Program-made: the position numbers and the translations under genes
Assembly (NCBI GenBank): GCA_036867785.1
Contig: CP145418.1
Span: forward strand, 1,054,001-1,118,000
Length of the DNA stretch: 64,000 nucleotides
Reading direction: 5' to 3'
Source of the DNA: Plasmodiophora brassicae
Taxonomy: Eukaryota
Part shown: positions 1 to 11,933 of the stretch, piece by piece
Position numbering within the stretch: position 1 is the stretch's first letter
How the letters are laid out: each line of letters begins with the position of its first letter
The notes under the pieces: generated by a model
The model's input: the letters and a program-made list of their open reading frames with translations, nothing else
Told to the model about the DNA's origin: nothing
Database searches by the model: none

Positions 1-249
1 TGCATCTCTGTTTTACCAGTTCGGCTAAGATTTTTTCCAGCAAAGCACCTGCAGTGGTGAATGTTTGCTATCAGCAAACAAATGTTGCTATGGGAACAGG
101 GACCCAGCCGGGAATCGATCATCGCCACATGGGCGTATCACTAACGCGCACGTCGTTCACCTGACGAGGTGTCCTTGCAGCTCCACTTGCGGAGCAGGAA
201 ACTGCGCACGGCATCGCGCATTGCTATCATTCTGTGAAGCTGCGAAGCA

Positions 250-2631
250 ATGGGGAACGCTGGTCTCCGGATACTGATACTGACCGCAACACTCGTCTCG
301 CTGTCGCTGTGCGGTGAACATGACGAACAGGATCCGGTCCATGATCAGGCGTTCTTGAAGAATGTCCCATTCATGGACGACAGTGATTTGCTGCGGCTAG
401 CATGCGACCCGAACGCAGTCTGGGAGGTTGTTAACACTGCACGCCAGCTTCTGCACGACCGTCAGCAATGGCGCGCCATGTTCAAGCCGGGAAGCACGTC
501 GGACACCGTTCGCCAGTTTTTCTTGGCCGAGCACGTCCTCTGCCGCGATAGCGGTTTGAACGATTGTTGGGCGGCAAGTGTCTTTGCTGGAAGGCCGCAG
601 ATTTATTTGCGAGATCAGATCATGTTTCTGGATCGGCTGGCCAGTGTCCCGAATGTGGAACCTTGTGATTTCGTGTCCTATTGGCAACGCGCAGTGTTCC
701 GATGGAAACTGCCAGGGAGCCTCGCTTTGGGGACCCTCATCCGACATTATGCCATCGTAGTGCATCATCATGATGACCGACGCCGCTTCCGAATCCTGAC
801 AGCCCTGAAACGGTTGCTGGAAGGCGGCGCGACGTTGTCCCGTCGAGGTGATTGGGGTCTTCAAACCCCCGTTACTGTGCCACCACCATTGGTTTCCGAA
901 CCCGTGTCTACCGAGATATCACCACTGCTCGAATTGCTGCGGGTGCACAAGGTGGAAGATGACGACATCACTATTGTTAGACGGATTATCGACAAGACCG
1001 ACGGGCTCTTGGCGCGGTGCGACAACTGGGACGAGCACGGTCTGTTGATGGCTGTTGAGCGCGGGTTCGACCTTAACGGGGACGACCCGGAGACGGGCCT
1101 CAAATGGTTCGACATGCAGATGCAGAACCTTGGGACTGCAATCGAACCGATACGGTTATCCACGATTTCGATGAGCATTGGTTTCGGCCTCGACGTCGAA
1201 CGTGCCATGGCGGAGCGTACCGAGAGGCTCGTGCGTCAATCTGGTGCCAGCAATGAACCCCTGCTGGTTCTGCTCGAGACGCTCCTGATCAACGTCATGC
1301 TGGTGGCTGCTGACCCGACGGAGGCGTTCGTGAACCTATGGGGCAAATACTTCCACATGATTGCCGTACCGTCACCAGTCTTCGACCATGTCATCGTTCG
1401 CGAACAAGCGCTGGCACCTGAACGCTTCGCCGTGACATCGTGGGCGCATGACGTCGCCGTACGTCTGCTTCGACTTCAGCTGCCGATCGGGCATCTCTCT
1501 GACGTTCGTCGGCTGATGGACGCGGACACCACGCTCCTCAGCGGCATTGGGTCCAGTATTCTACTCGACTACGACCTGTGCGCGCATCCCAACCCGCTGA
1601 TTGACCTCAACGATATCGTCGGCTCTGTGCACCTCAACATCGTGCGCCACGCGCTACAGAGGGATGACCCGATTTCGGGTCGCACGATTCTGCACAAGTA
1701 CTGCATGAGCGCTGCCGTGCTGGAATGGGTTCGACAGCGTGCCGACCCGCACTGGTTCGTTGCAGCGCTGAGAACGCGTACGACGTCAATGGAGTCGTGC
1801 TTGGATTACTGGCTCTTTGAGAAGGACGGTTCTCTACTGCACGATAACCATGTGATTGTCCGCCTTCGTGGTTACAGGAGATTAGCCGATCTCGAGGCGG
1901 AACCGTTAAGTGTCGTTGTTGCTGAACAATGTTCGAGCCGCACCCAGACGTATCTGCACCTGTCGGACCGCATCTCACGAGCCATATACCTGTTTGATGG
2001 CCCCGCGGTCGACGCGATTACCGGATTCGCTGAGACATGGGCCACTCCTCATCTTCCACCTGGAGCGGCATTCGCTATGCTGTCTTGCCTACTGACGTCC
2101 CTTTCCACTGCACCGTATCGTCGCATCAGACGTCACGTCTTCGCTGCCGAGTACGGTGCATTCTTGTTAGAGCATTGCAATGTCCATCAATGGACGCCAC
2201 TTCACTTTGCGGTGGCCATTCCAAGTATGCACGAGTACGTTCCCGACATACTGGAGGCGGCGGTCCAGACCGGCATCACCGACAGTGTTGTCTTCGCCCG
2301 GGATGGCCTCGGACGAACATTCCTGCACGTTGCCGCCGAGAGCTGGATGCATTGCCAGGCGCGTCCCCGCTACCGTGAGGCCGGGACAGCATTCAAGCGG
2401 GTGATCGTGGTCATCTTGCAGTTTGTGATGAAGCTGCCGCAGCCGTCCCCATTGGCATATGCCAGCAGCCTTCTCACTGTACGCGACGCCGTCGATGGCA
2501 CCGGCTGGTCTGTTCTGCAGAGGCTTCTGGTAACGCTGGACAGTGAACGGGACAAGAAACCGGAACATGATACCGGCGTCCTGCAGGAGTTCGTGCGACT
2601 TGTCGGCTCTGCCGTTAATTCGCGCGTTTAA
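250..2631 (+). CDS. Putative secreted ankyrin-repeat protein with N-terminal F-box-like motif (candidate effector), 793 aa, intronless
   Basis: Hydrophobic N-terminus (LRILILTATLVSLSLCG); ankyrin-type motifs QWTPLHFAVA, RDGLGRTFLHVAAE, DPISGRTILHKY; paralogous to 3998-6355. Confidence 0.8.
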   Translation: MGNAGLRILILTATLVSLSLCGEHDEQDPVHDQAFLKNVPFMDDSDLLRLACDPNAVWEVVNTARQLLHDRQQWRAMFKPGSTSDTVRQFFLAEHVLCRDSGLNDCWAASVFAGRPQIYLRDQIMFLDRLASVPNVEPCDFVSYWQRAVFRWKLPGSLALGTLIRHYAIVVHHHDDRRRFRILTALKRLLEGGATLSRRGDWGLQTPVTVPPPLVSEPVSTEISPLLELLRVHKVEDDDITIVRRIIDKTDGLLARCDNWDEHGLLMAVERGFDLNGDDPETGLKWFDMQMQNLGTAIEPIRLSTISMSIGFGLDVERAMAERTERLVRQSGASNEPLLVLLETLLINVMLVAADPTEAFVNLWGKYFHMIAVPSPVFDHVIVREQALAPERFAVTSWAHDVAVRLLRLQLPIGHLSDVRRLMDADTTLLSGIGSSILLDYDLCAHPNPLIDLNDIVGSVHLNIVRHALQRDDPISGRTILHKYCMSAAVLEWVRQRADPHWFVAALRTRTTSMESCLDYWLFEKDGSLLHDNHVIVRLRGYRRLADLEAEPLSVVVAEQCSSRTQTYLHLSDRISRAIYLFDGPAVDAITGFAETWATPHLPPGAAFAMLSCLLTSLSTAPYRRIRRHVFAAEYGAFLLEHCNVHQWTPLHFAVAIPSMHEYVPDILEAAVQTGITDSVVFARDGLGRTFLHVAAESWMHCQARPRYREAGTAFKRVIVVILQFVMKLPQPSPLAYASSLLTVRDAVDGTGWSVLQRLLVTLDSERDKKPEHDTGVLQEFVRLVGSAVNSRV

Positions 2632-2744
2632 GCCCGCACGGAACCGTTGCCGCGACGTTTCCAATTCATTGCTTTCGAAGAACGCGCCTGCATCGGTTTA
2701 CGTTCCCGACCATAAAGGTTGACGAACATGAGCGATTCCGCACT

Positions 2745-3640
2745 ATGCCTGAAAGGTTTCAGCGTTCCCAAATGGTGAGGAACATTGTAAAGCAGAGGCC
2801 GGTTCGGTCGAGTAGTACCCGCGCGCTCTGGAAGTGCAGCGCGGTCTTGCCAGCCCAAGGTTATGTATTAAAAGCGGTCAACGCATGCACGGTTCGATCA
2901 TGTGGACCTTGTTTAGACGGATCACCGGCAACAGAGTCGGCACTGTGACCCTGCGGGTCAACTTGGACGAGCGACATCTTATATCGGCGGTTCATCACGG
3001 GTTCGATATGAATCGCAGGGACCCGGACACCGGCCTGACCTGGTTCGACGTGAACATGGCACACCTACATACGGATTGGCGTCCGGTCCAGGCGACTGCA
3101 TTTGGTAGCGACTGGCATCGATTTCGGCCTCGAAGTCGAGCGGATTGTGACGCAACGTATTCAGAAACTCGTGCGGGAATGACGCGATCAGATTGGAGCA
3201 TCACTTGGTTAATTAAGATTCTGCCTGTGGCTTCCGACCCGACGGAAGCGTTCGTGAACCTGTGGGGCAAGTACTACCACATGGCCACGATGCTCGTTCA
3301 CCTTGTCATCGTTCAGCTGCAGATGGTGTCTGCGGCCGGCTCCTTCGCTGTGTCAGAATGGGCCCATGAATTTCTCATTGGAGTTGGATCCAATATCCTT
3401 CGCGACTGCGACCTGTACGCGAACCTTGACCCTGCGGAAGACTTCAGCGCCAAGGCTGGCTTCGCCCCTAACGACATCGTGCGTCAGGCGCTCCGAGCAC
3501 TGATCCGGTTTCGAGTCGGACGATACTCAACAAACACTGTATGTCGGTTGGCGTGGTCGAATGGATTCGGGAACGCGCTGATCCGCAATGGCTCTCGGAA
3601 ATGCTGCCCTCGCGTACGGTGTCGATGGCAGTGAACGGCA
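2745..3640 (+). pseudogene. Decayed, internally deleted paralog of the flanking ankyrin genes
   Basis: Shares blocks DPDTGLTWFD and ASDPTEAFVNLWGKYYHM with the neighbours; large deletions; frameshift near 3500 (DPVSSRTILNKHCMS continues in another frame). Confidence 0.75.
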
Positions 3641-3997
3641 GGCGACGCTCGACCCGGACAGTGACATCCACCAGCAGTTGGTACGCGAAGTGACGTCCTG
3701 TATTGCCTTCCGGCACGGCAGTGCCTGTCTGGCAACCCAGTATACGATCCCATCAAACTCGGTGGGGTTGGCATTAGCTAGCTTGGCTACTTGCACTCGA
3801 AGTCTACCAGCGAGCGACGCAGGAGCTGGATGGTCCCCCGAACCCACAACCCGAAAATTTGGGCCTGCAGCAACCACTGTGCTTCAGCCACAAATAGTTC
3901 GGTCAACGCTCGGCCAGGAATAGTTTGGACGCTACAGACGTCCTCCAGTGCTCGCGGGTGCTGACCAGAGGACAATCGTGCCGGGACGCTGACGAGA

Positions 3998-6355
3998 ATG
4001 GCGAACGAATGCCTTCAGGTTCTACTAGCGCTGGTTGTTGTATCCGCACCCCTGTCAGCGTCCATAAGCATTTTCAAAAATCTGACTCCTGAACGATTCC
4101 TGGCGATCGCGCCGTCCCTGACCGACACCGAATTGATGAAACTGTCGCGCAGCACAGAGGTACACTGGAATGCTGCTGAAATTACACAAGAGATCCTCGA
4201 CCAGCGCCGCGAATGGCTTGCCATGTTCAAGCCAGGTGCCACCAGCGAGCACGTCCGCCACTTCTTCCGTACCGAAGTCGCCAACTTCCGCCACCACAAC
4301 GACCAGTGGGCCAGGTCTCTTGTGAGTGATTCGCCAATGATACCTTTTCGGGACCAGATTATGTTCTTGGACCGGCTTGCCAGTGACCATGAGGTGGATC
4401 CGGGCGATTTCGCATCGCGCTGGCAACGATCCGTGTTTCAGTGGACCCTGTCAAGTGGGTTCGCTCTGGGCACCCTGATCAGGCATTACGGCGCCAGTGT
4501 GTACCGTGATGATGACAGACACCAGATTCGCCTGCTGACAGCCCTGAAGGCATTGTTCGATGGCGGTGCGACGTTCTCCTTTCCTGGCAATGGCGGTGCG
4601 GCACCGCTCGACGCTGTGCGACGTGCTGTTCCTGCACACGTCGCCACAGCGACGATGCCGTTGCTGAACCTGTTGCGTGCTTATTACGTCAAGGACGACG
4701 ATATCGTCACGGTGAGACGGAACATTGAGGGGACGGTTCGGTTCGACAGCTGGTCCCATCACACCCAGCTAATCGCGGCGGTCCAGCTTGGATTCGACGT
4801 CAACGGCAAGGACCCAGACACCGGGTTGACATGATTCGACCTGCACATGGCGCGCCTGGACAGAGGCGCCAGAACGATGAAACGACTGTATTCCCTGCTG
4901 GACGCGATTGATATCGGTCTCGACGTCGAGCGTATCGTCGCGGAACGTGCCGAGAAACTCGTTCGGGAGTATTCCGATGTCGTTGACGAGGACGCTGCGT
5001 ACATGCAGCTCGAAGTGCTTCTCGGCAGGGTCCTGCCGCTGGTTGCCGACCCGACGGAAACGTTCGTCAATCTCTGGGCCAAATACTACCACATGGTTAC
5101 AATGCCGATCAGGCTGCTCGAACTGGTCGTGCCTTACGCCGTCAAGATGGCTCCGGCGCCAGCATCCGTTGTGTCCAGCTGGGCGCATCAGGTTGTGGTG
5201 CGCATGCTTCGGCTTCAAACGCCGATCAGGCAACTCGTCAACGTCATTGGGTGGATGCACCCGGGCACCCACCTGCTCAGCGGCATTGGGTCCAGCATTC
5301 TTCGCGATTACGACCTGTGCGCCCATGCCGATCCTGTCGGCGATTGGAACGCTATCGCCAGCGCTGCGTCTGACGACGTCGTGCGCCAGGCGCTCGCGAG
5401 TGCTGATCCGATATCCGGCCGAACGACCCTCCACCAGCACTGTATGACGGTTGATGTGCTCCACTGGATCCGGGGTCGTGCCGATCCGCAATGGCTTCGA
5501 GCGGCGCTGATGACGACGACGGTGTCGACACGAACGTGCCTCGATCTCTGGCTCGTGGGACAGGACGGTTCCATGCGACCCGAAGATGACGTGGTCGGCC
5601 TGCTTCGTGCCTACAGCGCGTTAGCAGGCCTCGAGTCTACCCCGATGTGCGTCGTTGTCGCTGAACGGTGCTCCGTCCGCACCCAGACGTACCTGCACGT
5701 GTCGCAGCGCATCCAGCGATGGCTCTACCTGCTGGGAGGACCGGGCACGGTCCACGCGATCGACGAGCTCGCCCAGCAGGCGTGGCCTGCAGTCGATGAC
5801 CCGTCGACGCCGGGCCTGGCGTTCGCCCTGCTGTCTCGACTGCTGACGTCCCCTGCCGTTGAGACATACCGCCGGATCAGGGCGCGCGTCTTTGCGGCGA
5901 ACAACGGTGCCTACCTGCAGGCACACAACGCTGAGGTCCTCCAGTGGACCCCGTTGCACTTCGCGATCGCCCTACCAAGTCTACATGCGTACGTCCCCGA
6001 GATGCTGGAGACAGCGCTCGAGGTTGGCATCATCGAACAAGTCCTCGTCGCGAAGGACGCACTCGGGCGGACGTTCCTGCATGTTGCCGCTGAGAGCTGG
6101 GCGAACTGTCTGGCCCATCCGCGTTACCATGACGACGGCAAGGCATTCAAGGATGCGCTCACCAGGGCCATGCAGATCGTTATGAAGCCCACGACGCTCG
6201 CCTCGCTGGTCGATGCCTTCGTCCTTCTCGCTGAGCGCGACGGGTCCGGGTGGACCATCCAGCAGAGGATTCGGCAGGCGTTGGACAGCGAACGTCAGAC
6301 CAAGCCAGATGCTGCTACCGTCTTCCTCCACGCTCTAGTACGCGATGCCATCTGA
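3998..6355 (+). pseudogene. Secreted ankyrin-repeat paralog interrupted by one in-frame TGA (4832-4834)
   Basis: ORFs 3998-4834 and 4847-6355 are in the same frame and together align along the 250-2631 protein; GLT*FD sits where the paralogs have GLKWFD/GLTWFD. Confidence 0.75.
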
Positions 6356-6752
6356 ATTGCTGCGAGCACCTGACTGGCCATCGTTTCGATAAACGCTCTG
6401 GGGGGCATTGTTTTACGAGGATGATACTACGTCAGGTCGATGTTGGAGATGGCACGACCCGGCAGCGATCCCGTCAAACACGACAGAACACGATGGAGGC
6501 GCTGACTGTGCGTACCGTGACGTGCCGTCTGTCCCAGCGCCTCCTCGCGCATTGCTCGTCAATTACCTACGAGGCGGTCTGTGACGGTGGAACTGGCACC
6601 TGCAGCCATGCGGGACTGGGACTCGGTCCTGGCGACGGGCTACTACTCCCTGGACGGGACAGCAGCGGCTGGGACCGGCTGGCCAACCATTACGTATATC
6701 GTCGTTCGTGGACGTTTGGCTCCCCCATCCGCAGGCGGAACAAGAAGCGTCC

Positions 6753-9700
6753 ATGGTCGCCCGGGTCCCGTGGACGATATCGATCGTCGCGCTCGCCGTC
6801 GCCGCGACGATCGCGACAGGCGCCCCGCTGTCGTACGTGCCGGCGTCGGGCTACGCGATGCGGTTCGACGGCAGTGCCGACCGCCGCACGTACCTGGAGG
6901 TGACGCCCAAGTGCGGCAGCGGCGTCAACGACGCGCCGTTCCGCGCCGATAACGTGACCGTGTCCGCCTGGGTGCGCACGTCGTTCGTCTCGGTCGGCGA
7001 CAGCTTCGTCGCCGGGTACCCGTTCAACCAGGGCCCGTTCCTGAACGTCGACCGCAACGGCATGTTCAACAACCCGTCGGCGCGCGAGGTCACCGACTCG
7101 AGCAGCGTCTGCACGACGCTGGTGAGCAACCCGGTCGTGCGCGACGGCCAGTGGCACCACCTGGCGTACGCCGCGTCGCTGACCCAGTCGGCGTACTTCC
7201 TCGACGGCGTCCTGATCAAGTCCTGCACGGGGCGGTTCTCGCCGCCCAGCGGCGGCGCCCTGCTGCACGTCGGCGCGTTCGACCCGACGGCGGCGAACGG
7301 CGCCAACGACCAGTCGTTCACGGGCGACATTGACGACGTGCGCATCTACAAGGTCGCCATCCTGGACGCGCCCGGCATGCAGGGCGTGCTGGCGCAGGCG
7401 CCGTCGCAGGCCGACCTCGACGCCGGCCGCTTGCTGCTCTGGCTGCACTTTGACGACGGCACCGTCGTCGACTACTCGGGGACGGGCAACCCGATCAGCG
7501 CCGGCGGCGGCCTGGTGATCCGGTCGCCGACGCCGGTCGTGTCGGGCGCCAGGACCATCGGGCCGTACGGCCTCCTTCTCGTCCAGGGCCGCCAGGACGC
7601 GACGTCGGCGCTGGCGCCCAACCTGACCTTCCCGATGGTCGTCGACCAGGGCCAGGTCGCCGCCGCGTCGCGTCAGGCCAGCATCACGATCAACCAGATG
7701 CAGAGCGCGTCCGGGTCCGGCCGCCTCCTGATCAACGGCAGGGCCGTCGCGGCCGGCTCCGTCGTGGCCGGCCCCAACCTGACGCTGACGTTCGTGCAGA
7801 AGCTGGGCGCCACCGGCGACGCGATCGCCACGCTGAACGCCACCGTGAACGTGACGTCGGCGGGCGGCGCCGCCACCTGGACGCAACGCGTCCGGGTCCA
7901 GGTGGGCGTCCGGGCGAATAGCCGGCCGGTGGCGGGCGGCCCGGGCCAGGCCGTCTGGTTCGACGGGCAGAAGCACTTCTACATGGCCGACCGCCTGCGC
8001 TGGCCGATCAAGAACGCGACGTACACGGATCAGAACACGGGCAAGGTCGTCACGGCGACGGGCCTTTCGGCCATCACGATCGAGTTCTGGGCCGCGCCCG
8101 TCGCCGGCGACGCGCACGGCGGCGCCCTGATCACCCTGTGCGTCACGTGTCGTATCGAGACGCGCGCGCGCGCCCCCCTGACGATCTGACGGCGACCCAT
8201 GTGCAGGAACGGGAACGGGGAGATGGACGCCGACTGGGTGCAGACGTTCGGGCCGCCCGCGCGTCGCACGGGCCGCTGGCTGGTGGCATTGCCGGGCGAG
8301 ACGCACGCCCTGACCTGGTACACGGGGACGACGATCTGGACGACGCCGGTGAAGCAGTACTATACCGGGTGGGCGCACTACGCCCTGGTCCACGACGGCA
8401 TCGAGGGCACCAGCGCCTCCGTCTACATCAACGGCCAGCTGGTGTCGTCGTACGCGCACAACCACGACGGGATGAAGGGGGCGCGCCTCGACGGGTACAA
8501 CCACATCCTGGTCGGCTGCTGGAGCTTCTGGAGCGAGGTCTACCACCGCGGCATCATCGACGACCTGCGCCTGTGGAATCGCAGCCGGTCGGGCGACGAG
8601 ATCCGCCGCGACATGTACCGGCAGATGCGGGGCAACGAGGCCGACCTGTTCGCCTACTGGACGTTCAACGATGACGCCGGCGGCGTCGTCGCCGACGAGA
8701 CCGGCCGGGGCAACGACCTGCACGCCGGCGGCTGCGTCCCGTGCGAGCCGCGCTTCTACTCGATGGCGCAGAACGCCGACTGGACCAAGCTCGGCCCGCA
8801 GGACTGCCTGCCGAGCGCCCAGGCCGAACAGTCCATGTACTTCCGGGCGCAGACGCGCTTCGGCGGCACGCACTGCTTCGTCGGCGAGGAGCGCGCCGAC
8901 ACGCGCCCGGTCCTGCAGGCGTCCGGCGCGCCGATCGGCGGCTACGTGTTCGACGCGGTCGGCGCGGTCGGCGCCCCCGTCCCGATCACGCTGAACGGGA
9001 CCGACCCGGACGCGGACCCGCTGACGTACTGGATCCTGGCGCTGCCCGACCATGGCACCCTGCAGTACTACGCGAACGCGACCTGGACGACCGTCCAGGC
9101 GGTGCCGGCGCAGGCGACCCGCACCGTCCGCCTGCAGAGCGCGGCGCTGGACGGGGGCCACCCGTACACGACCGTCGTGTACGCCGTCGACGACGGGTGG
9201 TCGCGGTCGGATCCCATCGCGGTCAACGTCGACCTCGGGTGCCCCGCCGGGTACTACCTGGACCAGGGGGCGCGGCGCTGCCGGACGTGCCCGCCGGGGT
9301 CGTACTCGGACGCGACGACGCTGGCGACGTCGTGCACGGCGTGCCCGGCGAACACGGCGCAGGGCAACCCGGGGCAGACGTCGTGCGTGCCCTGCGTCGC
9401 CGGCAAGTCGTACGCCCTGCAGGCCGGCGCCGCGTCCTGCACGCTCTGCCCGACCGATATCGTCGCGTCGCCGACGTCGATCAACGTGTCCAGGACGATC
9501 TGCGCCGTCGACCTGCACCTGGCGAACGACGTCGCCGTGGACGCGGCCGCCCCCGTCGTCGTCGTCGACTTCCGGGCGATGCTGCCGGCGGGCCTGGCGC
9601 CGGGCGCGGCCCGCGTCACCGTGTTCAACGTGCCCAAGTACAGCGACCTGGTGCAGCTGGCCGGCAACGGCACCGCGCTCGACGACTTCGCCGACTACTT

Positions 9701-11333
9701 CGTGGCGCCGGTCGCCCTGACCAGGCAGTACGTGGCGCGCGTCGTCTCGGTGACGGCCGCGCTGGGCGCCCGGCCGGCGTCGGCCCTCGTCGGCCAGCCG
9801 GACGCCGGGTCCGGGTCGTCGCCCAACGCCTACGCGCCGTGCGACGCGAACAACAACAACGCGAACGTCACGGTGGCGTTCGCCACGCCGGTCTACCTGA
9901 CCGCCGTCCACATCTACGAGAACACGGGCGGCGGCGCCGTCTCCCGGATCGAGGCGCTGCGCCCCGACACGGGCGCGTTCGTCACGATCTGGTCGGGGAC
10001 GCCGCTCGGCGTCGGCCTGAGCAGCGCCCGCGACTTCCAGCCGCCCATCTGCCCGACGACGTTCCCGACCGACACGCTCCGGCTAACGGTCGACGCGATC
10101 GCGACGGACGGGCGCAACGAGATCGACGCGATCATGGTGGAGGGCAGCGCCGACCTGAAGTCGACGGGGCGCGCCCTGGTCCAGAACGCCGACCTGAAGG
10201 TGGCCCTGCGCCCGGCGACGCTGCCGTCGCTGGGCAGCGGCGCCTCGCTCGGCTACCGGTACACGGACAGCATCCGCTACGAGATACGCGACTGTGCCGG
10301 GTTCAACGTCGTCGCCCAGGGCGTCCAGGATGTCAGCACGACGCTGGGGGCGACCGTCGTCACGCCCATTGTTGACGTCCGCGCCGGGTCGGCCTCGATC
10401 ATCACCAGCGTGGTGCTGGCGGCGCTCGGTGTCGTCCTGTGTGTCGCGTCGATCGGCGTCCTGCACGTCTACAGGGCGCAGCCCATCATCAAGGCGTCGT
10501 CCGTCTTCTTCATGTCGATGATGCTGATCGGCATGGTGCTCGGATTCGTCAACGTCCTGCTGATCGCCGTCCAGGAGGCCAACTACGACAACCTGCCCGG
10601 GTTCTGCGCCGTGCGCCCGTTCCTGTTCACGGCCGCGTTCGTCACCGTCATGGGCGCCCTGATCGTCAAGACGGCGCGCATCGTCTGGATCTTCGAGGTC
10701 AACGCCGCCAAAGGCAAGGTCACCACGCTGAGCAACGCCCGCATGTCCGCCTACGTCGCCCTGATGCTCGCCGTCGACCTGCTCAACGATGTCATCTGGA
10801 CGGCCGTCGACAGGCCCACCGACCAGACGTTCCTCGACGGCACGCATCGGTACCGGATGTGCTCCGGCCGGACGTCGGCCTACAACGTGTTCACGGCGAT
10901 CAGCATCGCCCTGAAGGGCATCCTCACCGTCATCGGCCTCGTCCTGACGGCCAAGGCCCGCAACGTGCCGTCGACGTTCAACGAGGCCAAGGCGCTGTCC
11001 TTCATCACGTACTCTGTGGCGTCGCAGGCGGTGATCTACCTGGTCCTGTCCGGCATCGTGAACGGCAACGCCGACGCCACCTTGATCGTGGCGACGTTCG
11101 CCACCTGCTTCGCCCTGTTCTCGTCCTGGGTTATTCTCATCGGGTACAAGATCTACGTTGTCCTGTATCGGCCGGACGTCAACGTCTACGTCACCAAGAA
11201 CTCTGGCGGGCGGCCCAATAACGACGGGTTCGATACGAAGAAGACGACGTCCGGCCACAAACCGAGTGTCACGTCCACGAATGCGGATGTGGCGCGCAAA
11301 CCCAGCGTCACCGCTGCGGCCGGCGCCATTTGA
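6753..11333 (+). CDS. Class C (7tm_3) GPCR-like receptor with large ectodomain; 2 exons, intron 8138-8206
   Basis: Signal peptide; two LamG-like domains (DGQWHHLA...FTGDIDDVRIY; WAHYALVHD...GIIDDLRLWNR); CPAGYY..C..CPPGSY Cys repeats; 7TM region with PIIKASS, KTARIVWIF, KARNVPSTFNEAK; 69-nt in-frame GT..AG intron with ctgac branch site. Confidence 0.85.
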
Positions 11334-11933
11334 ACAGTGGGTATCTGCGACCCCCTCCGGTTTTACTTTTCAACCGTGTTGCAATGAAAGCACAAAGTGG
11401 TTTGGGGAGCAGTAACGTCGAGCGGACGTAAGCAGGGAGTGTGCCAAATGACAGCCGATGCAACCCCAACGGTGCAGTGAAATACTAGTGTGGACTGCCG
11501 TTTAAATTGCATAGCTGTCCCATATCTGCATACGTCCTTGACGTCATGAGCGCGGTGGCCCAGATCGTCAACATCGAACACGGTGCCCTTTGCTACCTAA
11601 GGTTGGTCCTTTAGGCGTTAGGGAACGTAGGATACGCGTCGTTCCTGTGTTGCCCATAGGCGTTCGGGGAGCGCACTGTTGGGCAGACCCGGACTGTGTT
11701 ACATCGGGTGGGGCAGCCTGCAGCTTGGCTGTGTCGTGCAGCCCGCAGTGGCCGTGGGGGCTGCTCCGTGCGCCACGGCAGTGGCCTGCGGGCCACGGCA
11801 CCGCCAGCAGCAAAACCGCCAAACGCCGCCCTTCGTTTTTCGCGTCCGTCTGCAGCGTCCCGCAGACGACTCCTGCCTGCCTCGACGCCCGTCCGTCATT
11901 GGCGTGGCTGAGCGTGTGCGGGCGAGGCGCGTC

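Noticed and set aside
4832-4834. TGA as selenocysteine or a variant genetic code
   Set aside because: The aligned residue is Trp, not Cys, and other genes here (6355, 11333, RPB12) use TGA as a normal stop
6690-9911. 1073-aa minus-strand ORF and other long alternative-frame ORFs (8741-10375, 10083-11258)
   Set aside because: Arg/Gly-rich shadow frames caused by extreme GC3 of the receptor gene; no protein motifs
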